From Cytophagia bacterium (GTDB taxonomy: Bacteria > Bacteroidota > Bacteroidia > UBA7662): a DNA stretch of 40,800 bases. Position numbers and translations under genes: made by a program. Of this stretch, positions 1-9,555 are shown one piece after another. Position 1 is the first letter of the stretch. The number at the start of each line of letters is the position of its first letter. Where the stretch lies: NCBI GenBank assembly GCA_009926405.1, contig RFOZ01000003.1, positions 1-40,800 of the forward strand. Direction: 5' to 3'. The notes beneath the pieces were generated by a model, which made no database searches, was not told the DNA's origin, and saw nothing but the letters and a program-made list of their open reading frames with translations.

Positions 1-810
1 GTTGACCTCTCCGCCCCCGCTTTGGAAAAGGCGATCAACACCATTGCCCGCAATTTGGACCGGGTGGTTGCCAAAGGCAGCCTGGATCAAGAGAGCAGGG
101 ACGCCGCCCTGGCCCGCATTCATACCGGTACCAGCCTGGCCGCGGCAGCCCAAACAGCAGATTTGGTCGTAGAGGCAGCCACCGAAAACCGGCAAATCAA
201 GCTGGAGCTGTTCCGGCAACTGGATCAATTATGCCCGCCACCCTGTATTCTGGCGACCAACACCTCTTCCATCTCCATCACGGATATAGCAGGAGCAACC
301 GGGCGCCCAAGCAAGGTGATTGGCATGCACTTCATGAACCCGGTCCCGGTCATGAAATTGGTTGAAATTATCAAAGGTTATAACACGGACCCCGGCGTGA
401 CCGCTACCATCGTCGAGGTAAGCCGTCGCCTTGGAAAAATACCGGTAGAAGCCAACGATTATCCCGGTTTTGTTGCCAATCGAATTTTGATGCCCATGAT
501 CAACGAAGCGGTGCATACCCTCTTTGAGGGCGTGGCCGGTGTTGCCGAAATTGATACGGTCATGAAGCTGGGAATGGCTCACCCCATGGGGCCCTTGCAA
601 TTAGCCGACTTCATTGGCTTGGATGTCTGCCTTGCTATTCTGCGCGTCCTCCACGAAGGCTTTGGCCAACCAAAATATGCACCCTGTCCACTCTTGGTCA
701 AGATGGTTTCCTCCGGAAATCTCGGGGTCAAAACCGGCAAAGGATTCTATGCCTACCAAGCCGGTTCCAAAGACCTGGTGGTGGCCCCTGAATTTAGCGG
801 GAGCGTTTGA
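1..810 (+). CDS. hbd: 3-hydroxybutyryl-CoA / 3-hydroxyacyl-CoA dehydrogenase, 5'-truncated by the window edge
   Basis: The frame is open from base 1 (VDLSAPALEK...). Motifs VVEAATEN, LATNTSSISIT, GMHFMNPVPVM, PGFVANRIL, HPMGPLQLADFIGLD and LGVKTGKGFY are present. The GxGxxG N-terminus lies outside the window. Confidence 0.93.
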   Translation, partial: VDLSAPALEKAINTIARNLDRVVAKGSLDQESRDAALARIHTGTSLAAAAQTADLVVEAATENRQIKLELFRQLDQLCPPPCILATNTSSISITDIAGATGRPSKVIGMHFMNPVPVMKLVEIIKGYNTDPGVTATIVEVSRRLGKIPVEANDYPGFVANRILMPMINEAVHTLFEGVAGVAEIDTVMKLGMAHPMGPLQLADFIGLDVCLAILRVLHEGFGQPKYAPCPLLVKMVSSGNLGVKTGKGFYAYQAGSKDLVVAPEFSGSV

Positions 811-2436
811 TCAACCCTGAAACGGGTAAGGGTACGTGGTCGGGGGGCATAGGTTCTCTTTGATGGTGCGAGCCGAAACCCAGCGCAACAAATTGAGGGA
901 AGAACCGGCTTTGTCGTTCGTGCCGCTGGCTCTGGCTCCGCCAAAGGGTTGTTGTCCAACCACGGCCCCGGTTGGTTTGTCGTTCAGGTAAAAATTACCC
1001 GCTGCATGGCGCAATTTGGTGGTAGCCAAATCAAGGGCATAGCGGTCCGAGGCCAAAACGGCACCGGTCAACGCATAGGGCGAGGTGTTGTTGCATAAAT
1101 CCAATACCTCCTCGTAACGGTCTGCAGGATAAACATAAACGGTGAGGACCGGCCCAAAAAGCTCCTCGCACATCGTCCTGTATTTGGGATTGGTTGTTTG
1201 TATCAACGTAGGTTGTACAAAATATCCTTGGGACTTGTCACATCCGCCCCCGATCAGGACTTCGCAATCAGGATGATGTTTGGCCTCTTCGATAGCTGCA
1301 TGCAATTTATCAAAGGACTTTTCGTCAATCACAGCGTTGATGAAGTTACTAAAATCTTCGACACCGCCCATTTTCATGTGTTGCAAATCAGCCCGGACCC
1401 TTTCCAATACCTCAGGCCATAACACATCCGGAACATAGGCTCTGGAGGCTGCGGAACATTTTTGACCCTGGTACTCAAAGGCTCCCCGTGACAATGCGGT
1501 GGCTACCACATCGGCAGAGGCCGAAGCATGGGCTACAACAAAGTCCTTGCCACCGGTCTCCCCCACAATGCGCGGGTAGGACTTGTACAATCCGATGTTA
1601 CGACCAATTTGTTCCCAAATTTGATTGAAGACACCGGAGGAGCCCGTGAAGTGTATCCCTGCAAAATCAGGATGTTTGAAGATCACATCCCCGGCAATCG
1701 GCCCGGGAACTGGAACCATGTTAATCACACCGTCCGGTAGACCTGCCTCTTTAAACAAACGCATGAGCCAATAAGCAGAATAAACCTGGGTATTGGCCGG
1801 CTTCCAAACAACCGTATTACCCATTAAAGCCGCCGCGCAGGGAAGGTTGGCGGCAATGGAGGTAAAATTGAAGGGAGTCAGGGCAAAAACAAAGCCCTCC
1901 AAGGGGCGGTACTCCACCCGGTTCCAAGAGCCCGGCAAACTCTCGGGCTGTTGGCGATAAATCTCGGTCATGAACCGCACGTTGAAGCGGAAGAAATCAA
2001 TCAATTCGCAAGCCGCATCAATCTCGGCCTGGTAGGGATTTTTGCTTTGCCCTAACATGGTGGCCGCATTAATCAAATCCCGGTAGGGACCCGCGAGCAA
2101 ATCCGCCATTCTCAAGAAAACAGCCGCCCGTTGTTCCCAAGGCAAAGCCTCCCATGCTGGCTTGGCCGCAAGAGCCGCATCAATCGCCTCTTCGACGTGT
2201 TCAGCAGAACCCTCGTGAAAATAGCCCAAGGTATGGGCATGGTCGTGGGGTGGTGCCATGCGCCGGGTTTGTTTGCTATGCACCTCCAGACCCCCGATGA
2301 ACATGGGGACTTCCACCGTACGCGATCGCAGGTCCCGCAATGCATTCTGCAAAGACAAGGCCTCCGGTGAACCGGGGGCGTAGGAGCGAACTTTTTCGTT
2401 AACAGCGGGGGGTACCGAGAAGATTCCAAAAGACAT
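811..2436 (-). CDS. pruA: L-glutamate gamma-semialdehyde (1-pyrroline-5-carboxylate) dehydrogenase
   Basis: ALDH motifs TPFNFTSIA, HFTGS, GETGGKDF, FEYQGQKCSA, EELFGP and the PruA-typical NDKPTGAVVGQQPFGGARASGTNDKAG. Confidence 0.95.
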   Translation of the reverse strand: MSFGIFSVPPAVNEKVRSYAPGSPEALSLQNALRDLRSRTVEVPMFIGGLEVHSKQTRRMAPPHDHAHTLGYFHEGSAEHVEEAIDAALAAKPAWEALPWEQRAAVFLRMADLLAGPYRDLINAATMLGQSKNPYQAEIDAACELIDFFRFNVRFMTEIYRQQPESLPGSWNRVEYRPLEGFVFALTPFNFTSIAANLPCAAALMGNTVVWKPANTQVYSAYWLMRLFKEAGLPDGVINMVPVPGPIAGDVIFKHPDFAGIHFTGSSGVFNQIWEQIGRNIGLYKSYPRIVGETGGKDFVVAHASASADVVATALSRGAFEYQGQKCSAASRAYVPDVLWPEVLERVRADLQHMKMGGVEDFSNFINAVIDEKSFDKLHAAIEEAKHHPDCEVLIGGGCDKSQGYFVQPTLIQTTNPKYRTMCEELFGPVLTVYVYPADRYEEVLDLCNNTSPYALTGAVLASDRYALDLATTKLRHAAGNFYLNDKPTGAVVGQQPFGGARASGTNDKAGSSLNLLRWVSARTIKENLCPPTTYPYPFQG

Positions 2437-2453
2437 ACACGATATTTAGACCC

Positions 2454-2461
2454 CAAAGGTA
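2454..2461 (-). promoter_or_regulatory. Bacteroidota sigma-70 -7 box (TACCTTTG) for pruA
   Basis: Exact TAnnTTTG match 17 nt upstream of the pruA ATG. Confidence 0.7.
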
Positions 2462-2473
2462 CGAATCCACCCC

Positions 2474-2830
2474 ATGAACCTTGAAAGCCTGCGCGATCTT
2501 TGCCTCGGCCTGCCTGATAGCACCGAGGACCTCCCTTTTGACGAAAACACCTTGGTCTTCAGGGTAATGGGCAAAATATTTGTGCTGACCGATTTAGTGA
2601 AATCCGATCGATTCAACGCCAAATGCGACCCAAACTGGGCGCTTGAATTAAGGGAACGCTATCCCAGCGACATTCTGCCCGGGTACCACATGAACAAAAA
2701 GCATTGGAACACCGTCCTCATGGAGGGACGAATACCCCACCCTTTGTTAGAAGCCATGGTACGGCACGCCCATGCCTTGGTTCATCCGGACTATCGAAAA
2801 AGGTCCGGGGATTTTATCCAGGAACCATGA
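2474..2830 (+). CDS. MmcQ/YjbR family DNA-binding protein
   Basis: 118 aa with EDLPFDENTLVFRVMGKIF, KCDP and PGYHMNKKHWNTV signatures. Confidence 0.9.
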   Translation: MNLESLRDLCLGLPDSTEDLPFDENTLVFRVMGKIFVLTDLVKSDRFNAKCDPNWALELRERYPSDILPGYHMNKKHWNTVLMEGRIPHPLLEAMVRHAHALVHPDYRKRSGDFIQEP

Positions 2831-3609
2831 ACCAACCGACCACCTCCAACACCGAACCCCTCAACTCCCTGAGTCTTATCGTCCCGGTGTACAACGAAGC
2901 CGGGCGAGTGAAGGCCCTTTTGGAAGCCTTGGACAGGGTTCCTTGGCCCGCCAGCCTTCAACAAATTGAATACCTCCTGGTGGACGATGGTTCCACCGAC
3001 GAAACCCCCGCGATCTTGCAGGCTTGGTGTCAGGAGCACCCATCGTACCGATTGCTTCGCCAAGAACACAACCGGGGCAAGGGTGCAGCCATCCACCTGG
3101 GTTTGCGTGTTGCGGTGGGCCAAGCCGTGGGTATCCAAGATGCTGACATGGAATTGCTTCCCTCGGATTGGCCTTCCATGCTGCAGGCTCTGGCCCTGCC
3201 AGGCATAGGAATGGTCAATGGATCTCGCTATTTACCAGGCCTGTACAGGCCCCTGCACAGCTATCGTCGTTACATTGCCAACAAATTGTTCAGCTGGTTG
3301 ACCTCCCTGCTCATTGATATCCGCATAACAGACATGGCATGCGGCCACAAATTGTTACAAAGGGATTTGATGATGAGCCTTGATCTGCGCGAAGAACGTT
3401 TTGGGGTCGAATCCGAAATTCTAATCAAATGTGCCCGCATTCGGCGAAACCATATCGTTGAAATTCCGGTGCATTACTTTGCTCGACACCAGGGCGAAGG
3501 CAAAAAATTCCGCACCGTGGATGGCTTGGGAATTCTTTGGAAAATTATTCGTTACAGCCTGGCGCCCCTGCCCCCATCGGCTCAGCACTACCGTCCCCAA
3601 GGAAACTAG
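2827..3609 (+). CDS. Glycosyltransferase family 2 (DPM1/polyprenol-phosphate glycosyltransferase-like)
   Basis: Motifs LSLIVPVYNE, VDDGSTD, NRGKGAA, QDADME, GSR, TDMACG and RFGVESE. Start placed at ATG 2827, an ATGA overlap with the yjbR stop, rather than at 2704. Confidence 0.88.
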   Translation: MNQPTTSNTEPLNSLSLIVPVYNEAGRVKALLEALDRVPWPASLQQIEYLLVDDGSTDETPAILQAWCQEHPSYRLLRQEHNRGKGAAIHLGLRVAVGQAVGIQDADMELLPSDWPSMLQALALPGIGMVNGSRYLPGLYRPLHSYRRYIANKLFSWLTSLLIDIRITDMACGHKLLQRDLMMSLDLREERFGVESEILIKCARIRRNHIVEIPVHYFARHQGEGKKFRTVDGLGILWKIIRYSLAPLPPSAQHYRPQGN

Positions 3610-5089
3610 GCAACCAAATTTCGGCACTACGACCCCGGCCCTGGCGGGCAAGCTCCGCGTTGGGATGCACGGCCATTTGATCCAAGTCCTTGGGAAAGGA
3701 ACTTTGCCACCACACCGCGTGGTACCAATCCTTGCTGGTCGAATCCCAATGAAGAAGGGCGATGCGATACTGCCAGCTTTGGTGGTATTGAAGGACTACC
3801 GTGTAACCCAAAAAGAAGAACAAAGCAAGGCCTGCCAACCAGCAGCGAAGGCCATCCAAAAACGGATTTAAACCAGGCAACGAACGGTGTATCCAACCCA
3901 ACATGCGACCAAAAACCCCCAGACCGGCCGGAATCAACGCCGGGTACCATTCCACCAGGGCCCTGCCACCCAAAGAGCCTCCAAACCACCAAGACCACCA
4001 GGAAGCATAAACATAAATCACCAAAGGAAGGAACCAAACGAGGGCAGTAGCCAACGGAAAGGGGTCCTGAGATTGGCCCTTGGTTCCCCAGGTTCTAACG
4101 GCACGAACTACGGCCCAAACCCATGCCAGGACGACCAGGACCATCACGGGATTGTACAACAACCACCCTTTGCGATAACTCAACAAAAACTCTGCAATTC
4201 GGGGATCCCCCCAAAAGAAACGCTCACCTTGATAGGAATAAAAAAGGTAATGTCCCGTAACATATTTCCAATAAAGGGTCTGCAAAATCCATGGCATCAA
4301 AAAAACAAAAAGCAAGAGGAACAGGTCAACTGCATGGCGGGTTAGGCGAAGCCACCACCAGCGGAGGCCCGACCAACCTGAATAAGCCAGCGGCAAAAGA
4401 CCGGCCATCAGCATGGTCGGACGTATCAAAACCAACATACCCAAGGACAGAGCAACGCCGACTTCGGGAAGCACCGACGAACCGGTGCCTTTCATGGCTC
4501 GATGCGTGCACCATAACAAAACCGACATCCAAAAAAACGAAAAACTATGCGACATGGCCGGTTCATAGACCAGGTAATTCCACAAATTGGTAGCACCCAC
4601 CAAGACCCATAGGGCCAAACCCACCGTCCAGGGACCCCAAAAAAACCTTAACCAAGAACGAAGAACCCACAAGCCCAGGCAACCCCAAACAAAACCAGCC
4701 AAAGCCACGGCGACTTGGTAGGGTCGGCTAAACCCATCGGGCTCGTAGCCCAAAACAGGGGCCAAAAAATGCGCCGCCCCAAAAAAAGGAGAAATCATCA
4801 GGGCCACCCCCATCGTTGTCTTGATTACCTTGGCCCCATCCGCCGTTGATTCAGGCCAATAACGATGCCTATGCAAGTGGACATCCGCTCGGCTTGGGTC
4901 CCCAACAAACGTTAGCTTGAGGTCTCCCTCAACAAAGAGGGCCGGCAAATAAGCATAATACGAAAGCACATCCCAGTAAATGGGACGAAGGTTCGGCTTG
5001 GATTCCCCGGATCGGTCCAGCCGGACCCCTTCAAAACACAAAAGAAACTGCAACCCCAACAACAGCCAGAAGGAGGGGTCACGCTTCAT
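3545..5089 (-). CDS. Multi-pass membrane protein, probable GT-C-fold glycosyltransferase
   Basis: About 10 hydrophobic segments, WDVLSYYAYLPALF after TM1, MSHSFSFF, LIRPT, SYRKGWLLYNP and WWFGGSLGGR. The ATG at 5089 overlaps the parC stop (TGATG). Function is inferred. Confidence 0.65.
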   Translation of the reverse strand: MKRDPSFWLLLGLQFLLCFEGVRLDRSGESKPNLRPIYWDVLSYYAYLPALFVEGDLKLTFVGDPSRADVHLHRHRYWPESTADGAKVIKTTMGVALMISPFFGAAHFLAPVLGYEPDGFSRPYQVAVALAGFVWGCLGLWVLRSWLRFFWGPWTVGLALWVLVGATNLWNYLVYEPAMSHSFSFFWMSVLLWCTHRAMKGTGSSVLPEVGVALSLGMLVLIRPTMLMAGLLPLAYSGWSGLRWWWLRLTRHAVDLFLLLFVFLMPWILQTLYWKYVTGHYLFYSYQGERFFWGDPRIAEFLLSYRKGWLLYNPVMVLVVLAWVWAVVRAVRTWGTKGQSQDPFPLATALVWFLPLVIYVYASWWSWWFGGSLGGRALVEWYPALIPAGLGVFGRMLGWIHRSLPGLNPFLDGLRCWLAGLALFFFLGYTVVLQYHQSWQYRIALLHWDSTSKDWYHAVWWQSSFPKDLDQMAVHPNAELARQGRGRSAEIWLPSFLGDGSAEPMGAGAPGCNE

Positions 5090-7773
5090 CAAAACAACTT
5101 TTGCTGTTCTCCCCCGCTTCCGGATCCGCCTTTGCTACCAGAATTGCCTTTGCCGGTGGCACCGGCCTTCCGGCCTTTGGGGGGTGGCGGGCCTACCTTT
5201 TCTTCGGTCCAAATATCCTGACGATTCTTTTCGACCATGGTTTTCTCGTCCTCGGTGAGGTCCTCCACACCGATCGGATTCAACAATTCGGCACCCAGCA
5301 AAGGCAGCGGTGTCAGGCGATTTCCCAAGGCCTTCCAGCCTTTGACTTCAATGAACTGATCCAATTCCAGAACCTTGCGGTCTTTCTTCCGGGTTGTTCC
5401 CCATTCAAAGGCCACGCGCGGTGCAGGATGCTGCCAGGCAAAAGCCGCTTTAGCCCCTTTGCCTTCGCTTACGAAGCCAAATCGTTTTCCCTGGGTTGAT
5501 GTCTCAATCAAAAAACGCTTGATATACCAAGCCTTGGAAGCCGGAACGTAGTGACAAGCATTCAACGGCGTTTCGGGCAACCATTTGTTTAACAAAAGAA
5601 GCTCGGACGTTTCAAAACGTCGCTGCAACGAGGGCTCCAAGATTTCGTAAGTCCCTTCCTCGTACACCGCTAACATCAAATCCCCCGTATTAAAATGCCC
5701 CATAAAAACACCGCGACCGTCCTGGTTCAGTCGTCCAACCGGCGGATCAAACCAAAAAGGTCTTCCACCCAAATCCGAACTGCCTTTTTCTTTGAAGGTC
5801 ACCTTTTTGATGGGGTACTTGGTCACCAAATTTCCCAAAGCTGAACGGTTTTTGATCGTCAATTCTGCAAAATCAAAATCAAATAGTTTGTTATGGGCTC
5901 GACACCCCGGATGCAACTGAATTTGAACCCGTTCTGATTCAGCGTTGGGATTGCAGGACAAATACTGAACACGGGTATGCGGTGTTCCCTTGGTCAAGTC
6001 GTATTCCTTATCCCGAATAATCCCGCCAATCTGAAAACGCTTCACCAAACTATGCCCGGATTCCCCATCGGTATAAATCATGTTATAAGCGGTACGATCG
6101 TCTTGTCGGCGATAAAGATCGACCCATAGAATATCCTTCCCCACATAGGCCTTCTCCGAGACTTTGGTCACCACGCACTTCCCGTCCCGGCGTATCACCA
6201 CGATTTCATCCAAGCTAGAACATTCCCCAACCAATTCTTCTTTTTTGAGCCCGGTCCCTACAAATCCGGTCGCCCGGTTCACATACAGTTTTTCACTCGC
6301 CAAGGCAACCTGAGAGGCTTGAATGGTATCAAAGGTCCGAATTTCGGTTTTGCGTTCCCGGCCTTTGCCAAAATCTTTGAGGAGACGCTGGTAAAAATCG
6401 ATGGTATAAGCGGTTAGGTTGGACAAATGAAGCTCCGTTTCCTTCATTTGGTCCTGCAGGGCTTTGAGTTGCTCGGTTGCTTTGAAGCTATCGTATCGGC
6501 TGATGCGCTTAATTTTAATTTCGGTCAATCGCACCAAATCATCGCGGGTAATTTCCCTGCGAAAACGTTTGCGAAAGGGCTGCAAGCCCTTGTCAATGGC
6601 GTCCAGCACCGCCTCCCAAGTTTCACATTCCTCAATTTTACGGTAAATCCGTTCTTCAATAAAAATCTGCTCCAGGGACCCGGCATGCCATTGTTCCGCT
6701 AAGTCAGCTTTGCGAAGCAAGAGTTCTTGCTCCAACAGCGACATGGTTTGGGCTGTGTTGGCACGAAGAATATCCGATACCCCTCGAAATGCAGGGGTCT
6801 TGCCTTCAATAACACAAGCATTGGGCGAAATCGAAACCTCGCAATCCGTAAAGGCATAAAGCGCATCCACGGTCTGATCCACCGAAACGCCTGCGGGCAA
6901 TTGAATTTCAATTTCAACGCGTTCAGCTGTATTATCCACAACTTTCCGGATCTTGATTTTGCCGCTTTCGTTGGCCTTGAGAATCGAATCAATAATTCCC
7001 CCCGTTGTGGTCCCAAAGGGAATTTCCCGAATCAGCAGGGCTTTCTTGTCGTTCTCTTCAATGCGAGCCCGGCAACGAATTTTGCCTCCGCGGCTACCAT
7101 CCTGGTATTGACTTACATCCATCAACCCGCCGGTCGGAAAATCCGGAAGCAAAACAAAAGGCTGCTTGCGCAAAATTCGAATCGATGCCTCGATGAGTTC
7201 CACAAAATTATGGGGCAAAATGCGGGTCGCCAGACCCACTGCGATTCCCTCGACCCCCTGTGCCAGCAACAAGGGAAACTTAGCTGGCAAGGTCACGGGT
7301 TCCCTTTTGCGACCATCGTAGGTCATTTGCCAGAGGGTGGTCCGGGGGTTGAACAAAACAACTTTGGCAAATTTGGACAAACGCGCCTCGATGTACCGAG
7401 AAGCGGCGGCCGAATCCCCGGTACGAACATCGCCCCAATTACCCTGCGTATCAATCAAAAGATCTTTTTGGCCCAAACCCACCAAGGCATCCCCGATGGC
7501 TGCATCTCCGTGTGGATGATACTGCATCGTTTGTCCGATTAAATTAGCCACCTTGTTAAAGCGACCATCATCAATCACCTCCATGGCGTGTAATATTCTG
7601 CGCTGGACGGGCTTGAGACCATCCTCCAAAGCGGGGACCGCTCGTTCTAATATAACATAAGATGCATAATCCAGGAACCAGTCCTCGTAGAGGCCGGCAA
7701 CGGGCTTGTGCACCACTTCGCTGACAGAATCCGGCACAAAGGGTGGCGGAGTAGGAGACTTTTTACGAGCCAA
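5089..7773 (-). CDS. parC: DNA topoisomerase IV subunit A (Bacteroidota type)
   Basis: Motifs FLDYASYVILERAVP, DGLKPVQRRILH, YHPHGD, catalytic SRYIEARL and GIAVG. Start probably TTG at 7773; the track's extension to 7896 overlaps the symporter gene. Confidence 0.9.
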   Translation of the reverse strand: MARKKSPTPPPFVPDSVSEVVHKPVAGLYEDWFLDYASYVILERAVPALEDGLKPVQRRILHAMEVIDDGRFNKVANLIGQTMQYHPHGDAAIGDALVGLGQKDLLIDTQGNWGDVRTGDSAAASRYIEARLSKFAKVVLFNPRTTLWQMTYDGRKREPVTLPAKFPLLLAQGVEGIAVGLATRILPHNFVELIEASIRILRKQPFVLLPDFPTGGLMDVSQYQDGSRGGKIRCRARIEENDKKALLIREIPFGTTTGGIIDSILKANESGKIKIRKVVDNTAERVEIEIQLPAGVSVDQTVDALYAFTDCEVSISPNACVIEGKTPAFRGVSDILRANTAQTMSLLEQELLLRKADLAEQWHAGSLEQIFIEERIYRKIEECETWEAVLDAIDKGLQPFRKRFRREITRDDLVRLTEIKIKRISRYDSFKATEQLKALQDQMKETELHLSNLTAYTIDFYQRLLKDFGKGRERKTEIRTFDTIQASQVALASEKLYVNRATGFVGTGLKKEELVGECSSLDEIVVIRRDGKCVVTKVSEKAYVGKDILWVDLYRRQDDRTAYNMIYTDGESGHSLVKRFQIGGIIRDKEYDLTKGTPHTRVQYLSCNPNAESERVQIQLHPGCRAHNKLFDFDFAELTIKNRSALGNLVTKYPIKKVTFKEKGSSDLGGRPFWFDPPVGRLNQDGRGVFMGHFNTGDLMLAVYEEGTYEILEPSLQRRFETSELLLLNKWLPETPLNACHYVPASKAWYIKRFLIETSTQGKRFGFVSEGKGAKAAFAWQHPAPRVAFEWGTTRKKDRKVLELDQFIEVKGWKALGNRLTPLPLLGAELLNPIGVEDLTEDEKTMVEKNRQDIWTEEKVGPPPPKGRKAGATGKGNSGSKGGSGSGGEQQKLF

Positions 7774-9442
7774 GGGTCGGGGTTTTGGGCGAATGCGAAG
7801 ATAATCCCACAATCCAAGGTTGCACAATCCAACCCAGCAGGGGAACAGCGAGTGCACCAACCGCGTTAAGCCATAGGTACGGAATCTGCACACCAAAATA
7901 AAGCAGGAGTACCAATCCCTCGGTCAGCAATGCGGCGAACAAAACCGAAGGTGCTTTTAGTCCTTTGGTAAAAAAGGCACTCAGAAAAATTCCCAGAATG
8001 GTTCCGTAAACCAAAGACCCCAGCACATTGACGGCCTCGATCAGGGTCCCCATTCGATCCGCAATCAAAGCAAAACCAACGGCATAGAGCCCCCATCCCA
8101 ACGTAAAGAGGCGACCCATGGCCAATGCCTGGGGGCCCTCCGGTGATTGCCCGGTCCAACGAGCATAAAAATCAACCAAGGTGGTGGTCGATAACGCACT
8201 TAATTCGGCCGAGGTCGACGACATGGATGCGCAGAATACCATCGAAATCAACAAACCCACCAAGCCTACCGGCAGAAAATCCAAGACATAGCGTATGAAA
8301 ATAAAATTGGTGTCCGGACCGTCATCGGCCGCTGCGTTGGACTTGTTGCGTTCACGAACCGCCCACCGAATGGAGTCCAAGCGCGATGCGCTTCGTTTGA
8401 ATTCCAAACCCAAACGTTCCTTGTCTTGGGGCAAGGTCGCGGCCCGCCAGGCCTCGGCCGTCTCCCTGCGATGCAAGGCTTCGCGTTCAAAGGGAACGCG
8501 ATCCACCGCTGCAACGCGATCTGGATGTTTGAAATTCAAAGGGGGCGTTTCAAATACATAAAAAACATACATCAAAACTCCCAAGCCTAGAATCATCAAT
8601 TGCATGGGAAGCTTGAAGAACGCGTTCAACATTAAACCTTGACGGCTTTGATCCAAGGATTGTCCCCCCAAGTAACGTTGGACCTGGCTTTGATCCGTCC
8701 CAAAATAGGACAACATCAAAAAACCTCCCCCAACCAGCCCGGTCCACAAGCTGTATCGATCGTTCCAGTCCAGACGAAGGACCAAAGCCTGGGTTTTCCC
8801 AGCCAAGGCCGATAGTTCCAAAGCGTCTGATCCGCTCCAATCCGTAGGCAAGCTGCGAAACATCCACCAACCAGCCAAAACCATGCCCAACAGAATTACC
8901 GACATTTGGAGAAGTTGGGTTCGGGCAACGGCCCTTGACCCCCCGCTTAGGGTATACGCCAAAACCACGGAACCCGTCAGGAGGTTGGTCCATAACAAAT
9001 CCCAACCGAGGGCCGTACTCAAGATCAAAGCCGGTGCGTAGATGGTCAATCCGGCGGCCAGCCCTCGCTGTGTCAAAAACAAAAAGGCCGCCAAACTGCG
9101 AACACGACCGTCAAAGCGGGTCTCGAGGTATTCATAGGCGGTATAAACATTCAGCCGGTAGTAGATCGGCAGGGCAACGACCGAAAGAATCACCATGGCC
9201 AACGGCAAGCCCAAATAAAATTGAACAAAACCCAGGCCCTCATCGTAGGCCAACCCCGGCGCTGACAAAAAGGTAATTGCACTGGCCTGGGTGGCCATGA
9301 TGCTGAGTCCAACCATCCAACCGCTTTGGGAACGGGATCGTAGGTAGGATTCGGCTTGACCCTTGCGGCTAATTGACCACAACCCATAGGCCAGAATGAG
9401 GCCTTGGCTACCCAAGAAAACCAGCCAATCCAAGGAGCTCAT
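7763..9442 (-). CDS. Sodium:solute symporter (SSS family)
   Basis: Motifs SIMATQASAITFLSAPG, TAYEYLETRFD, SYFGTDQSQVQRYL and ASMSSTSAELSALS, with about 13 TM segments. Start at ATG 9442 (MSSLDW), an ATGA overlap with the upstream small ORF. Confidence 0.93.
   Translation of the reverse strand: MSSLDWLVFLGSQGLILAYGLWSISRKGQAESYLRSRSQSGWMVGLSIMATQASAITFLSAPGLAYDEGLGFVQFYLGLPLAMVILSVVALPIYYRLNVYTAYEYLETRFDGRVRSLAAFLFLTQRGLAAGLTIYAPALILSTALGWDLLWTNLLTGSVVLAYTLSGGSRAVARTQLLQMSVILLGMVLAGWWMFRSLPTDWSGSDALELSALAGKTQALVLRLDWNDRYSLWTGLVGGGFLMLSYFGTDQSQVQRYLGGQSLDQSRQGLMLNAFFKLPMQLMILGLGVLMYVFYVFETPPLNFKHPDRVAAVDRVPFEREALHRRETAEAWRAATLPQDKERLGLEFKRSASRLDSIRWAVRERNKSNAAADDGPDTNFIFIRYVLDFLPVGLVGLLISMVFCASMSSTSAELSALSTTTLVDFYARWTGQSPEGPQALAMGRLFTLGWGLYAVGFALIADRMGTLIEAVNVLGSLVYGTILGIFLSAFFTKGLKAPSVLFAALLTEGLVLLLYFGVQIPYLWLNAVGALAVPLLGWIVQPWIVGLSSHSPKTPTLGS
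7796..7803 (-). promoter_or_regulatory. Probable internal -7 box (TATCTTCG) for parC, inside the 3' end of the symporter gene
   Basis: One mismatch to TAnnTTTG, followed by CA, 22 nt upstream of the proposed parC start. Confidence 0.5.
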
Positions 9443-9555
9443 GAACCAAGTCGGGTCAAAAACGTCAGAATGCCCACAAAGGCTAACCAAAACAGGGCCA
9501 AGGCCAGGTACCATCGAAGCCATGGACGCTGGCCTTTGGTTGTTTTAGGACTCAC
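9439..9555 (-). CDS. Small single-TM membrane protein (~38 aa) coupled to the symporter
   Basis: GTG-start ORF (M)SPKTTKGQRPWLRWYLALALFWLAFVGILTFLTRLGS fills the gap between the deacetylase and symporter genes, and its TGA overlaps the symporter ATG. An alternative GTG lies at 9564. Confidence 0.65.
   Translation of the reverse strand: MSPKTTKGQRPWLRWYLALALFWLAFVGILTFLTRLGS

Noticed and set aside
811-2436. pruA without an adjacent proline dehydrogenase
   Set aside because: Stand-alone monofunctional PruA is usual in Bacteroidota.
4290-4790. Several A7 tracts in the GT-C-like gene as possible phase-variation sites
   Set aside because: The tracts are short, explained by Phe/Leu codons in TM segments, and the frame is intact.
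6727-7542. 271-aa plus-strand ORF, and similar long shadow ORFs at 15113-15775, 23347-24093 and 31500-32405
   Set aside because: They lie antisense to well-supported genes (parC, crtD, atpA, PBP1A) and have no recognisable motifs, as expected for codon-bias shadows.
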